Positions 8,719-18,364 of a stretch of DNA of 64,000 bases are shown in pieces. The DNA comes from an uncultured Erysipelotrichaceae bacterium. GTDB lineage: Bacteria > Bacillota_I > Bacilli_A > RFN20 > CAG-826. How positions within the stretch are numbered: position 1 is the first letter of the stretch; the number at the start of each line of letters is the position of its first letter. Location of the stretch: NCBI GenBank assembly GCA_902763555.1, contig CACWSI010000001.1, forward strand, positions 7,215 through 71,214, written 5' to 3'. The notes beneath the pieces were generated by a model. That model saw only the letters and a list, made by a program, of their open reading frames with translations, was not told the DNA's origin and searched no databases. The translations under genes were made by a program, and so were the position numbers.

Positions 8719-10214
8719 TGAAAAGATTTTTCGCCGACTTAGGTAAAGGCATTAAGTCTGTTTTTAAAGGCCCTGCTTCTAAAGACAACTTATTTGCATT
8801 AGATAATCGCGTACCGATTGGTAGTGCGGTTCCTTTCGGTTTGCAACATATTCTAGCGATGTTTGTCGCTAATATCACACCAATCATTATTGTCTTTGCG
8901 GCGATTGGTCTACTAGACAGTCAATTAGGCGTTCAAGCTTTATTAGGCGCTGTTTTTATGGCCGGTATCGGTGCGATTGCCCAATTATTAATTGGTGTGA
9001 GATTACCTGTTGTATTAGGTACATCATTTACTTTTGTACCAGTATTATTAACAATCGGTACAAGTACCGCAGCCGCTAGTGATCCAGTAACGGCTTATTA
9101 TACAATTTTGGGTTCCATTATATTTGGTGCCTTATTTGCGATAGTCTTCTCACTCTTTTATAGATGGTGGGGCAAGCTCATTAAACCAATCGTTCCAGCT
9201 ATCGTAGTGTTAGGTGTTGGCTTATCTTTATTAACCAGTGGTGCGAATAGTTTTTTAGGTGGCACAACGGTCATCACAAATATCATTAATACAGGGGAAA
9301 CTGGTACACCTGTCGCTTATTTTTGCTATATCATCGTTGCTTTAGCGACATTAATTACTTCATTATTATGGTCAATATTTATGACAGGCGTATGGAAGAA
9401 TCTTAACGTTGTCGTTGGTATTGTTGTGGGCTATGTTTTGAGCTGTTGTTTCCCTGGCATGATTAATTTTAACGGCCTTGCGATTACTGAATTTGTCGGC
9501 TCACACGGTGTGATTGATTATCCACATTTAATTAATCTAACAAGAATTAGATTTGAACTTGTGCCATGCATCTTGACTTCAGTCTGTTTTATTGCCACTA
9601 CGATAGAGGCTATCGGTAACACCGATACAACCGCGAAGATTGCTTTAGGAAGAAAAGCCACTGCTCGTGAAATTAATGGTGGTCTTATCATCTATGGTGC
9701 TAACAGTGCCATTGCTGCTTTATTTGGTGCTTTCCCATTAACAATTTATGCTCAAAACGTTGGTATTGTTTCACAAACTAAAGTCACAAACCGTTTCACT
9801 ATCTTCTTAGGCGCAGCATTCTTAGTCATTGCTAGCTTCTTCCCACCAATCGCTAATTTCTTATTCACCATCCCTGATGCTGTTATCGGTGGCTCGATGG
9901 TCATCTTATTTGGTTCCATTGCCATTATCGGCATGAAATCAATTTCAGAAATTGGCTGGAGTGATAAAAATATCACAATCACCGCTTTAAGTATTTGCCT
10001 TGGCTTTGGTATGACAATTGCGACAGTCACCGTTGGTGCTGGCACCGCTATGTCATTGGATCTCTTTAATAAACTAGGAGTCGGTTGGTTAGAAGATATG
10101 TTATCTAATAACGTACTCAATATGTTTATTATTGCCTTCATTCTTTCTTGGGTTCTCCCAGAAGATATGCAAATCCACTTATTCCATAAGAAAGAAGAGA
10201 ATCAATCAAACTAA
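8718..10214 (+). CDS. NCS2-family nucleobase (xanthine/uracil/purine) permease
   Basis: Polytopic protein with a FGLQHILAMFVANITPIII signature typical of the xanthine/uracil permease family. Start overlaps the guaD stop (TAATG). Confidence 0.85.
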   Translation: MKRFFADLGKGIKSVFKGPASKDNLFALDNRVPIGSAVPFGLQHILAMFVANITPIIIVFAAIGLLDSQLGVQALLGAVFMAGIGAIAQLLIGVRLPVVLGTSFTFVPVLLTIGTSTAAASDPVTAYYTILGSIIFGALFAIVFSLFYRWWGKLIKPIVPAIVVLGVGLSLLTSGANSFLGGTTVITNIINTGETGTPVAYFCYIIVALATLITSLLWSIFMTGVWKNLNVVVGIVVGYVLSCCFPGMINFNGLAITEFVGSHGVIDYPHLINLTRIRFELVPCILTSVCFIATTIEAIGNTDTTAKIALGRKATAREINGGLIIYGANSAIAALFGAFPLTIYAQNVGIVSQTKVTNRFTIFLGAAFLVIASFFPPIANFLFTIPDAVIGGSMVILFGSIAIIGMKSISEIGWSDKNITITALSICLGFGMTIATVTVGAGTAMSLDLFNKLGVGWLEDMLSNNVLNMFIIAFILSWVLPEDMQIHLFHKKEENQSN

Positions 10215-10225
10215 AATAAACAAAT

Positions 10226-10255
10226 GGACTAGGAATGTAACCTAGTCCTTTATTG
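10226..10255 (+). terminator. Rho-independent terminator
   Basis: GGACTAGG-aatgtaa-CCTAGTCC followed by TTTATT. Confidence 0.8.
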
Positions 10256-10281
10256 TAGTTTCTGACACCAAGTGTTATTAT
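10253..10281 (+). promoter_or_regulatory. sigma-70-type promoter giving a leaderless transcript
   Basis: TTGTAG, 17 nt, TGtTATTAT (extended -10). The hexamer ends 8 nt before the A of ATG 10289, and there is no SD. Confidence 0.55.
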
Positions 10282-10288
10282 CTTTGAT

Positions 10289-11380
10289 ATGAAAATTGGA
10301 ATTATTGGTGCGGGTGCTTCTGGCGCTTTCTTAGCAATTAGACTTAAGGAAAACAATCCTTCTTTTGATGTCACTTTAATTGAAAGAAACGATAAGATTC
10401 TTAAGAAAGTCTTAGTCACTGGTAACGGTAGATGCAACTACGCTAATATGGGTGACTTAGTAGGTAAATACAATAATGAGCTTGCTAATAAGTTACTTAA
10501 AGAATTCAAACCACAAGATATAGTGGCTATTTTTGATAAGTACGGCATTCATCCAACTTATCTAGATGAATTAGTATTCCCAACCTCAATGAGCGCTCAA
10601 ACAGTCGTTTTAATGCTTTCTAAGAAGATTGAAGAATTAGGCATTAAAGTCAAACTTAATGAAAATGTCATCGATTATCAAAAGAAAGATAACAAGTTCT
10701 ACGTCAAAACTAACGAAAATAAATATATCTTTGATAAGTTAGTAATTTCCGCTGGGGGATGTGCTTATCCACAGTTAGGAACAGATGGTACCTTGTTAAA
10801 TATCTTAAAAAAGAAAGGCTATAAGATTGAAACCTTATCACCTTCTTTAAGCCCAATTAAAACTAAAGAAAACACTAAAAAGATTTCAGGACAACGCGCT
10901 AAAGGTAGAGTCACATTATTGAATAATAATGAGGAAGTCTATAAAGAAGATGGAGAAATCTTATTTAAGGATGATGGTATAAGTGGCATTGTTATCTTAA
11001 ATATGTCCGCTAGAATCAATCGTCTAAATGATAAAAAGAATATCAAATTAGTGGTGGATCTAGCCCCTAATTCCAAAGCAATTAAACAAAATCAATATTA
11101 TGAATATGTCGCCCCAAAGATCGCGGAATATCTATTAGCGAATAATTTAGATATTCATCATCTAGTTTTCACATTCAAAGATTTCTATGAATATAAAATC
11201 GCTGAAGTGAGCCATGGTGGTCTTTCTTTAAGTGAAGTTAATGATTCATTAGAATCAAAGAAAGAAGAAGGTCTATATTTCACTGGTGAAGTGCTAGATA
11301 TAGATGGCATGTGTGGTGGTTATAACTTAATGTTTGCGTTCGCATCCGCTGAAAAAGTGAGTAAAGCTCTAGGAGAGTAG
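10289..11380 (+). CDS. HI0933/BaiN-like NAD(P)/FAD-dependent oxidoreductase
   Basis: N-terminal GxGxxG (IGIIGAGASGAF) and the family-typical VTGNGRCNYAN motif. Confidence 0.8.
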   Translation: MKIGIIGAGASGAFLAIRLKENNPSFDVTLIERNDKILKKVLVTGNGRCNYANMGDLVGKYNNELANKLLKEFKPQDIVAIFDKYGIHPTYLDELVFPTSMSAQTVVLMLSKKIEELGIKVKLNENVIDYQKKDNKFYVKTNENKYIFDKLVISAGGCAYPQLGTDGTLLNILKKKGYKIETLSPSLSPIKTKENTKKISGQRAKGRVTLLNNNEEVYKEDGEILFKDDGISGIVILNMSARINRLNDKKNIKLVVDLAPNSKAIKQNQYYEYVAPKIAEYLLANNLDIHHLVFTFKDFYEYKIAEVSHGGLSLSEVNDSLESKKEEGLYFTGEVLDIDGMCGGYNLMFAFASAEKVSKALGE

Positions 11381-11381
11381 T

Positions 11382-12098
11382 ATGTATCAACATGAATTTA
11401 TTATTTCTAATAACGATGTCGATTATCGTTTTACCTTAAAACCCGCTAATCTATATCGTTTATTTCAAGACGTTGCCTTAAAGGCAACAGAATCAGTGGG
11501 TTCTGATTCTATTTCATTATCTAAAAGAGGTATTGACTGGGTCATTACTAGAATGGATGTGGAAATCAAAAGATTACCACGCTGCAACGAAAAGATCACA
11601 GTGTGCACATATCCTGGTAAAGATATGGCAATGTTATATCCCCGTTTCTTCTTCATCAAAGATGAAAATAATAACGTCATTGTAAAAGCCTCATCTATTT
11701 GGGCATTAATAGACGCTAAAACAAGACGCGTTGTCGTTGATAAAGATGTCATTAATAAACTTCCACCTGAAACAAGTGAATATGAATTACCTTTACCAAG
11801 TAAAATCGTCGCTAGTGAAGACAATATCCAAATCGAAACAAGAAGAATTCACTATAGTGATTTAGACTTCAACTGTCATATGAATAATGTTCGTTATGTG
11901 GAATTACTAATGGATACTCATGACTTTGAATTCTATAAGACACATCGTCCAAGTTTCATTTCCTTAAATTACATTAAAGAAATCAAAGAAAACGAAACAG
12001 TCACTGTTTACAGTGATAGAAACAATCCAGAAACCATTGAAGTTAAAGTCGATGGTGGGACATCCTTTCTTGGAAAAGTAACATTTGTTCAAGAATAA
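11382..12098 (+). CDS. acyl-ACP thioesterase
   Basis: Double hot-dog pattern: N-terminal DVDYRFTLKPANLYRLFQDVA...GIDWVITRMDVEI, and second half YSDLDFNCHMNNVRY. Confidence 0.8.
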   Translation: MYQHEFIISNNDVDYRFTLKPANLYRLFQDVALKATESVGSDSISLSKRGIDWVITRMDVEIKRLPRCNEKITVCTYPGKDMAMLYPRFFFIKDENNNVIVKASSIWALIDAKTRRVVVDKDVINKLPPETSEYELPLPSKIVASEDNIQIETRRIHYSDLDFNCHMNNVRYVELLMDTHDFEFYKTHRPSFISLNYIKEIKENETVTVYSDRNNPETIEVKVDGGTSFLGKVTFVQE

Positions 12099-12101
12099 AA
12101 A

Positions 12102-12126
12102 AGAGCCAAGTGGCTCTTTGTTTTTA
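12102..12126. terminator. bidirectional Rho-independent terminator between convergent genes
   Basis: AGAGCC-aagt-GGCTCT flanked by an A-run and a T-run. Confidence 0.8.
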
Positions 12127-12130
12127 CCTA

Positions 12131-12991
12131 TTATTTAATGTGGTATTTCCAATAATCTGGAAGTTCAATTTCAGGTCTTTCATAAGTTAAAGACAAGGAT
12201 TCATACTTCGCGGCTTGTGAATTTGAAAGTGCTTGATATTCATAGCCCACTAAGAAGTTTCCAAAGAACTCCATTTTATATTTGATTTCACTCACAGCGA
12301 TATTGTTCATATTGATTGGGCTTTTCGCAACTGAAGTTGTTTCTAAGATTAAACTTCCTTTTCCTCTTGAAGCATATTTCACAGTGTGGTTGAAATTATC
12401 ATCTTCGATAAATTCAAAGAATTTATTGTAATCAGAGAAGCGATTATAATAATTGCCCATCGCTACTTCAATATAGCGCTTAAAGGATACTGACATACTA
12501 CCAGCGCTAAATGCTGTTTCTTTTTCCGTATATGCAATAGTGTAAAGTGCATCTAAATCTATATCATTCTTTGAGATAAATAAAACATTACCATAGTCAT
12601 TTGTTTGCTTATGTATTAAAAGGGTATCAAGTCTCGCTCCAATATTATTGTCACGTTCAGTAAAATAACGCTCAATATCATCAATGTTTTTATACTCGAT
12701 ATCATATGTGTCTACAGTGGTTCTTTTCTCTTTTTGATCATAAAAGTATTCTTTTGTTTGACCACGGAAAACAAAATCGCCTCTCTTCAAACATTTCTTA
12801 CTATCCCAACGATCATACTCAACGATTAAACCATCTGTTAAAGAACGAGCGGTTTCTTTATCGATATCATGAGCTTCTGGTATTTCAACAGGCACAAACG
12901 GTTTGATTGTTTGAAGAGCGTACTTAACTTTGTTAGAGCCACAAGACACTAATAGAAGAGAAGAAGCAAGCAATAACATTATTTTTTTCAT
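12131..12991 (-). CDS. hypothetical lipoprotein
   Basis: MKKIMLLLASSLLLVSCGS signal plus lipobox, with GAGGTG SD upstream. Confidence 0.75.
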   Translation of the reverse strand: MKKIMLLLASSLLLVSCGSNKVKYALQTIKPFVPVEIPEAHDIDKETARSLTDGLIVEYDRWDSKKCLKRGDFVFRGQTKEYFYDQKEKRTTVDTYDIEYKNIDDIERYFTERDNNIGARLDTLLIHKQTNDYGNVLFISKNDIDLDALYTIAYTEKETAFSAGSMSVSFKRYIEVAMGNYYNRFSDYNKFFEFIEDDNFNHTVKYASRGKGSLILETTSVAKSPINMNNIAVSEIKYKMEFFGNFLVGYEYQALSNSQAAKYESLSLTYERPEIELPDYWKYHIK

Positions 12992-13051
12992 AGGAGCACC
13001 TCATTCATTCAATAAGTGTAAGTAAATACGTAGTGTATATCAATATTTTTT

Positions 13052-13079
13052 AAAAAAAGAAGCGACATATTATCGCTTC
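13052..13079 (-). terminator. Rho-independent terminator of tyrS
   Basis: Minus strand reads GAAGCGA-taatatg-TCGCTTC followed by TTTTTTT. Confidence 0.8.
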
Positions 13080-13101
13080 TGTTTTTATTGGTTTTTAATA
13101 A

Positions 13102-14313
13102 TTACTTTAAGACAACCTTGTGGAAGGCTTTTTTACCTTTCTTGATTTTGATTGGTTCCGCTAAATCGGCTTTTGTGATTCTTAAGTTAACATCATTAAT
13201 CTTATTACCGTTAAGGGAAATACCACCTTGATCAATAAGTCTTCTAGCTTCACCTTTAGAAGCCGCTAATTTAGTTAAAACTAATAAATCTAATAAACCG
13301 ATATCGTTTTCAAGTTCGATTTCAGTGGTTGGCATATTAGCGTCATCACCTTCACCAGAGAATAATGCACGCGCAGCCTCCAAGGCTTTTCTTGCTTCTT
13401 CTTCACCGTGTACTAACTTAGTGATTTCGAAAGCTAAGATTTCTTTCTTTTCATTGATTCTTTCACCTGGCCATTTAGACATTTCTTCGATTTCTTCAAT
13501 TGGTAAGAAAGTAATCATCTTTAAACATTTATCGACATCAGCGTCGTTAACATTTCTCCAGTATTGGAAGAATTCATATGGAGATGTTTTATCTTTATCT
13601 AACCAAAGAGCACCGTTAACGGATTTACCCATTTTCTTACCTTCACTATTAGTTAATAGTGGAATAGTTAAGGCAAAGGCATCTTTACCCGTTTTCTTTC
13701 TGATAAGTTCAGTACCGGCGAGCATATTGCTCCATTGGTCATCGCCACCGAATTCCATATTGCAGCCGTAGTGTTCATGTAAGTAATAGAAGTCATAGGA
13801 CTGCATAATCATGTAGTTGAATTCTAAGAATGTTAAACCTTTTTCCATTCTTTGCTTATAGCATTCTGCGGTTAACATCTTGTTAACGGAGAAACAAGCA
13901 CCGACATCTCTTAAAAGTTCAACGTACTTTAAACCTTTTAACCAGTCAGCGTTATTCACGCAAATGGCCTTATCTTCACCAAATTCAATGAAGCGACCAA
14001 TTTGTTCTTTAAAACGTGCGCAGTTATGAGCGATTTGTTCTTCAGAAAGCATCGCTCTCATATCTGTACGACCACTTGGATCACCGACTAAACCAGTACC
14101 GCCACCTAAGACGACGATTGGTTTATTACCGGCTAATTGTAATCTCTTCATTAGGACTAAGGTCATAAAATGACCTGCATGGAGAGAATCCGCTGTTGGG
14201 TCAAAACCAATATAAAATCTTGCGCCACCGTTATTAATGAGTTCTTTAATTTCAGGTTCATCGGTAACTTGGGCAATTAAACCTCTTCTTTGTAATTCTT
14301 CGTAGATTTTCAT
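13102..14313 (-). CDS. tyrS: tyrosine--tRNA ligase
   Basis: HIGH-type motif (SLHAGH), KMSKS-type motif (KMGKS) and a C-terminal S4 domain (GEARRLIDQGGISLNG). A Tyr T-box lies upstream. Confidence 0.97.
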   Translation of the reverse strand: MKIYEELQRRGLIAQVTDEPEIKELINNGGARFYIGFDPTADSLHAGHFMTLVLMKRLQLAGNKPIVVLGGGTGLVGDPSGRTDMRAMLSEEQIAHNCARFKEQIGRFIEFGEDKAICVNNADWLKGLKYVELLRDVGACFSVNKMLTAECYKQRMEKGLTFLEFNYMIMQSYDFYYLHEHYGCNMEFGGDDQWSNMLAGTELIRKKTGKDAFALTIPLLTNSEGKKMGKSVNGALWLDKDKTSPYEFFQYWRNVNDADVDKCLKMITFLPIEEIEEMSKWPGERINEKKEILAFEITKLVHGEEEARKALEAARALFSGEGDDANMPTTEIELENDIGLLDLLVLTKLAASKGEARRLIDQGGISLNGNKINDVNLRITKADLAEPIKIKKGKKAFHKVVLK

Positions 14314-14333
14314 TTTGAATATCTCCTTTTAGT

Positions 14334-14598
14334 AAAAAACCTCTATTCCAAAAACGGAACAGAGGACGATTAATCGTGGTACCACCTCTATTTAGATAAC
14401 TCTCACAAGCTATCCCTTAGTGTGTCTTTGACACTTCGCTATTTCGGGCGAACCCGTCATTCCCTACTAAATGGTTCAGGAAGCAGCTCCAGAATGTATT
14501 CCCCCTAACTAGTCTATGGTCTTGCAGCAACCGGCCACTCTCTAGAAGACATCATTAAGCGTACTTGTTTCCTTCAACGCTTTACCCAGTAAGTATAT
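14334..14598 (-). promoter_or_regulatory. T-box riboswitch leader with Tyr (UAC) specifier
   Basis: All elements read on the minus strand. AGAGAG box (about 14536-14541). Specifier GAA-UAC-A, with the codon at 14496-14498. T-box AGAGGUGGUACCACG (about 14378-14392). Terminator CCUCUGUUCC-GUUUUU-GGAAUAGAGG plus U6 (14334-14365). Confidence 0.9.
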
Positions 14599-14604
14599 CA
14601 AAGC

Positions 14605-14633
14605 AGTATCTTAAAATAAAGATACATTGTGAA
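14605..14633 (-). promoter_or_regulatory. putative promoter of the T-box/tyrS transcript
   Basis: Minus strand TTCACA, 17 nt, GATACT, placed just upstream of the leader. Confidence 0.4.
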
Positions 14634-14640
14634 AGCATAA

Positions 14641-14669
14641 TTGATTATATATAAATTCTTATATAGAAT
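14641..14669 (+). promoter_or_regulatory. putative promoter of the plsC-like operon
   Basis: TTGATT, 17 nt, TAGAAT. The hexamer ends 15 nt before ATG 14684 and no SD lies between them. Confidence 0.45.
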
Positions 14670-14683
14670 ATAAAAGTTAAGAT

Positions 14684-15361
14684 ATGGACAAAAAGAAAAA
14701 CAAGCAGCAAAAAGTACCAAAAGCAAAATTGTTTTCATTCAAATACATCCTTTATGATTTAGTGAAATGGTTTGGTTTTTGGCAAACAATGATTTGGTAT
14801 CGTATCAAAAAGATCTACGATGGACCAGAAGCTAAAAAGAGAATCAAAGGTGGGGCATTCATATCTTCTAACCACGTTGGTTTCTCTGATCCATTTATCC
14901 TACTAACAGCGTTCTTATCAAGAAGATTACACTTCGTTTTCATGACTGAATTGATTAAGAATAAATTCACTGCTTGGATATATAAAAATGTCTTCTTATC
15001 TTATCCAATCGATAGAGAAAAACCATCTTTATCTACGATGAAGTTTTTAAGCCAATATGTCGCTAATGGACATGTCTTAGGTTTATTTCCAGAAGGTCAT
15101 ATTAAAAGAGATGGTGAAGTTGATGCCTTTAAAGGTGGCATTGTTTTAATGGCTTATCTATCTGGTAAACCTATCATCCCTATTTATCATCAAAAAAGAA
15201 CTAGTATCTGGCATATGACTAGACTAGTAATTGGTAAACCATTTGATGTTAAAGAAAAGATTGGTCCAGTAATGAATCAAGCTAAACTAAATGAAGTCGC
15301 TAATGAATTATATGAATATGAGTTACATCTCCAAGAGATGTGTGAGGCAGGTAAAAAATGA
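14684..15361 (+). CDS. lysophospholipid (1-acyl-sn-glycerol-3-phosphate) acyltransferase family protein
   Basis: HX4D motif (NHVGFSD) and FPEG motif. Confidence 0.85.
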   Translation: MDKKKNKQQKVPKAKLFSFKYILYDLVKWFGFWQTMIWYRIKKIYDGPEAKKRIKGGAFISSNHVGFSDPFILLTAFLSRRLHFVFMTELIKNKFTAWIYKNVFLSYPIDREKPSLSTMKFLSQYVANGHVLGLFPEGHIKRDGEVDAFKGGIVLMAYLSGKPIIPIYHQKRTSIWHMTRLVIGKPFDVKEKIGPVMNQAKLNEVANELYEYELHLQEMCEAGKK

Positions 15362-16647
15362 AAATCTTATTAAAAAATGCACGTATCCTGACAATGAAAA
15401 ATGATCAAATCATTGAAGGCAGTTTAGTGGTCAATAATAACCGCATTGCCTACATTGGTAATGATTATCAAAGCTATGGCCCTTTTGATCGTGAAATTGA
15501 TTGTAAGAAAAATCTTTTAATGCCTGGTTTTAAAAACGCTCACGCTCATAGTGCAATGGTCTTCCTTAGAGGTAAAGCGGATGATGAACGTCAACACGAA
15601 TGGTTGTTCAATACTTGTCTTCCTAGAGAAGAACATTTAATTCCTGAAGATGTTTACGCTCTTAATAAAGTGGCCTACCTAGAATATTTAACAAGTGGTA
15701 TCACTGCGATATTTGATTATTATTTCTTCATTCCAATGATGGCTAAAAGCGCTGAAGATTTTGGTATTCGTTCGCTTCTTTTAGGGACCTATGAACATGG
15801 TGTGACTTCTTTAGAACAAGAAGTTAATAATTATCGTAAATACAATGAAAATAAAGATAGCCTAGTTAGATTCTGCGTTGGTTTACATTCAGAATATACT
15901 GCTGATGAAAATAGAGTTGCTAAAACAAAAGAAGCAATTGAGATGACTCATAGTCCATTCTTTACTCACATTAGTGAAACTAAAGGCGAAGTAGAAGGAT
16001 GTATCCAAAGACACAATATGCCTCCTGCTAAATATTTATATGAAAATGGCTTATTTGCTTATGGTGGTGGCGGTTATCACTGTGTCCATCTCACTGATGA
16101 AGAAGCCAAAATCTTTAAAGATAACAATTTAACAATTGTGACATGTCCATGTAGTAACGCTAAATTAGCGTCAGGCATTGTCCCAATCACAAAATACTAT
16201 AACATGGGCATTAATATTGCGATTGGTACCGATGGTCCTGCTAGTAATAACGGTTTAGATATGTTTAAAGAAATGTATCTTTTAGCGTCTTTCAATAGAC
16301 TTCAAACTCAAGATAAAAAATTCATTCCTGCATTTGAATTCTTAAAGATGGCCACAGTCAACGGCGCTAAAGCGATGGGGCTTAAAGATGCTGATGTCTT
16401 AGATGTTAATAAACTCGCGGATATCATCATGATTGATTTATCAAAACCAAACATGCAGCCACTTAATAACATTGTCACTAACCTTGTCTATGCCGGAAGT
16501 AAAGATAATGTCATTATGACAATGATTAATGGCAAGATTCTTTATGAAAACGGTAAATTCAACATTAACGAAAGTATTGATGACATCTATAAAGCGGCAG
16601 ATGCTGCTAATGAGCGTTTAGAAAAAGCAGCAAAAAATGAATTATAA
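15358..16647 (+). CDS. metal-dependent amidohydrolase, MtaD-like (5-methylthioadenosine/S-adenosylhomocysteine deaminase family)
   Basis: FKNAHAHS metal-binding HxH, HISETKGE, HCVHLTDEE and GTDGPASNN motifs. Start overlaps the upstream stop (ATGA). Confidence 0.75.
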   Translation: MKILLKNARILTMKNDQIIEGSLVVNNNRIAYIGNDYQSYGPFDREIDCKKNLLMPGFKNAHAHSAMVFLRGKADDERQHEWLFNTCLPREEHLIPEDVYALNKVAYLEYLTSGITAIFDYYFFIPMMAKSAEDFGIRSLLLGTYEHGVTSLEQEVNNYRKYNENKDSLVRFCVGLHSEYTADENRVAKTKEAIEMTHSPFFTHISETKGEVEGCIQRHNMPPAKYLYENGLFAYGGGGYHCVHLTDEEAKIFKDNNLTIVTCPCSNAKLASGIVPITKYYNMGINIAIGTDGPASNNGLDMFKEMYLLASFNRLQTQDKKFIPAFEFLKMATVNGAKAMGLKDADVLDVNKLADIIMIDLSKPNMQPLNNIVTNLVYAGSKDNVIMTMINGKILYENGKFNINESIDDIYKAADAANERLEKAAKNEL

Positions 16648-16658
16648 ATACATTTTTG

Positions 16659-16667
16659 TGATAAGAT
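16659..16667 (+). promoter_or_regulatory. extended -10 element placed for a leaderless mRNA
   Basis: TGaTAAGAT. The hexamer ends 7 nt before the A of ATG 16674, with no SD. Confidence 0.45.
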
Positions 16668-16673
16668 AATTGT

Positions 16674-17741
16674 ATGGCATTAAAAAAGGGTTTTTGTACA
16701 CATTGTAAAGGCGATGAAGATTTACGTATCTTTGATGTTAACAAAGATGCGGAGGTTTGTTATTGCCCACATTGTATGGCGGCCATGCCTCCAAAAGAAG
16801 CTATCGCTAACTATAATGCTTTAATTGCTAACTATTTAAAGCATGCTTCAAAAGCCTTATTTGACTCCACGCAGTATTTAGAAGCATATCAAACATTTGC
16901 TCATATTATTGATCTTAATGAAACCATCAAAGTGGCACACTTTGGCCGTATCATTTCTATGGTGCATTTATCAACTTTAAGAAAGAGTAAAATTGAATTT
17001 GCTTTATCTCTTCACCGTCAAGAAGCACCTAAATGGTGTCACTACGCTGAAACAGTGGAAGAATATTATCATTTCTTATTACTCTTACTTGATGCTTTAG
17101 CGAGTTATGAAACACGTATCAAAAAGAGAATTACCACACATGGTATCTATTATGATATGGATTGCGTCATTCTTTATCTGCAAAGAATCAAAGAAATCAA
17201 AGACTACAAAGAATTCGTTGCTCAAGAAGCTAAATACTTTGTAGATAACGGCAAAGAACAATTCAAAGACATCATTGGTATGGTTGATGTGTCCATGCAT
17301 GCCTATGAAGAAGTCTATAACGATAAATATGTCACCGCGGATGGCTATACTTATCTATTCGCTGGTTTTGATAGCAATGGCTTACCATTAGTGAGCATCA
17401 AGGATTCTAATCCAAATGTTGACTTACGCCGTCATAAAATTGAACTATATCCTAAGGATAATAAAAAGAGCCCAATTAAGGATGAAATCTATCCTAATAA
17501 GCTCCCAATGTTCCGTTTATTTATGGCCTCTATCCCTGCCGCTTCATTCTTATTTACATTAGCGATCGTGGGTATTGTTTTCTCATTTATTATCACGAGC
17601 AGTGTCGCTAAAGCATTCATCCTCTTAGCCGCGGCATTAGCAATTCTTTCTGCCTTAGTGTTCTTTACCCTACACTTCACGTGGAAGAATGCACTTAAGA
17701 AGAAGTATTATAACGGAATGAATCCGTTTATTCTTAAATAA
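16674..17741 (+). CDS. hypothetical protein: N-terminal zinc ribbon, helical middle, two C-terminal TM helices
   Basis: CTHC...CPHC four-Cys ribbon in the first 35 aa and hydrophobic C-terminal helices. No family recognised. Confidence 0.6.
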   Translation: MALKKGFCTHCKGDEDLRIFDVNKDAEVCYCPHCMAAMPPKEAIANYNALIANYLKHASKALFDSTQYLEAYQTFAHIIDLNETIKVAHFGRIISMVHLSTLRKSKIEFALSLHRQEAPKWCHYAETVEEYYHFLLLLLDALASYETRIKKRITTHGIYYDMDCVILYLQRIKEIKDYKEFVAQEAKYFVDNGKEQFKDIIGMVDVSMHAYEEVYNDKYVTADGYTYLFAGFDSNGLPLVSIKDSNPNVDLRRHKIELYPKDNKKSPIKDEIYPNKLPMFRLFMASIPAASFLFTLAIVGIVFSFIITSSVAKAFILLAAALAILSALVFFTLHFTWKNALKKKYYNGMNPFILK

Positions 17742-18313
17742 GTTAATAACTTCTTAAGAGCTTTAGCACGGTGGCTGACCGTGTTTTTTTGTTCCTGGCC
17801 CATGGTGCCAAAGCACTCTTTAGTTTCATCACTAATAAAGATTGGATCATAGCCAAAACCACCTTCACCCATTTTTTCAGTGGCAATTGTGCCTTTAGCA
17901 ATGCCTTCAAAGATTAAAGGCTTATCTTCAACATTAAGTAAAACGATATCACAAACGAATTGTGCGCTTCTATCATCTTTATCTTTTAAGTCTTCTAAGA
18001 TTTGGGCAATAGCCTTATCATGTCCACCCATTTCAGAAGCATAACGCGCACTGAACATGCCTGGGCGGTTACCTAACGGAATGATTTCTAAACCAGAATC
18101 ATCCGCGATAATAGGAAAAGATGTGACTTTTTGCACAGCTTTAGCCTTAATAAGAGCATTTTCAGCATAAGTCTTACCGTTTTCTTCAACATCTTCAACT
18201 TTAAGTCCTAGGTCATTTAAACCATAGACAACGATTTTATGTGGTGAGAGTATTTGTCTCACTTCTTGTAATTTGTGTTTATTTGTGGTGGCTAATACAA
18301 TTTCGTAATTCAT
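17708..18313 (-). CDS. rdgB: non-canonical purine NTP pyrophosphatase (RdgB/HAM1 family)
   Basis: LATTNKHKLQEV start, DDSGLEI and GFGYDPIF motifs. Confidence 0.9.
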   Translation of the reverse strand: MNYEIVLATTNKHKLQEVRQILSPHKIVVYGLNDLGLKVEDVEENGKTYAENALIKAKAVQKVTSFPIIADDSGLEIIPLGNRPGMFSARYASEMGGHDKAIAQILEDLKDKDDRSAQFVCDIVLLNVEDKPLIFEGIAKGTIATEKMGEGGFGYDPIFISDETKECFGTMGQEQKNTVSHRAKALKKLLTYLRINGFIPL

Positions 18314-18364
18314 GAATGTATTATAACAAGTTTTTATTTATAATAAATATATGAGGTGATAAAT

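Noticed and set aside
13325-13771. A 148-aa ORF antisense to tyrS, and similar antisense ORFs inside other genes: 9752..10141, 10138..10437, 11465..11824, 39459..39857, 39736..40026, 36037..36354, 57971..58372, 24499..24792, 4202..4531 and others.
   Set aside because: All lie fully inside well-supported genes on the opposite strand. They are Ser/Leu/Ile-rich, as expected for antisense frames of AT-rich coding DNA, and lack SD sequences.
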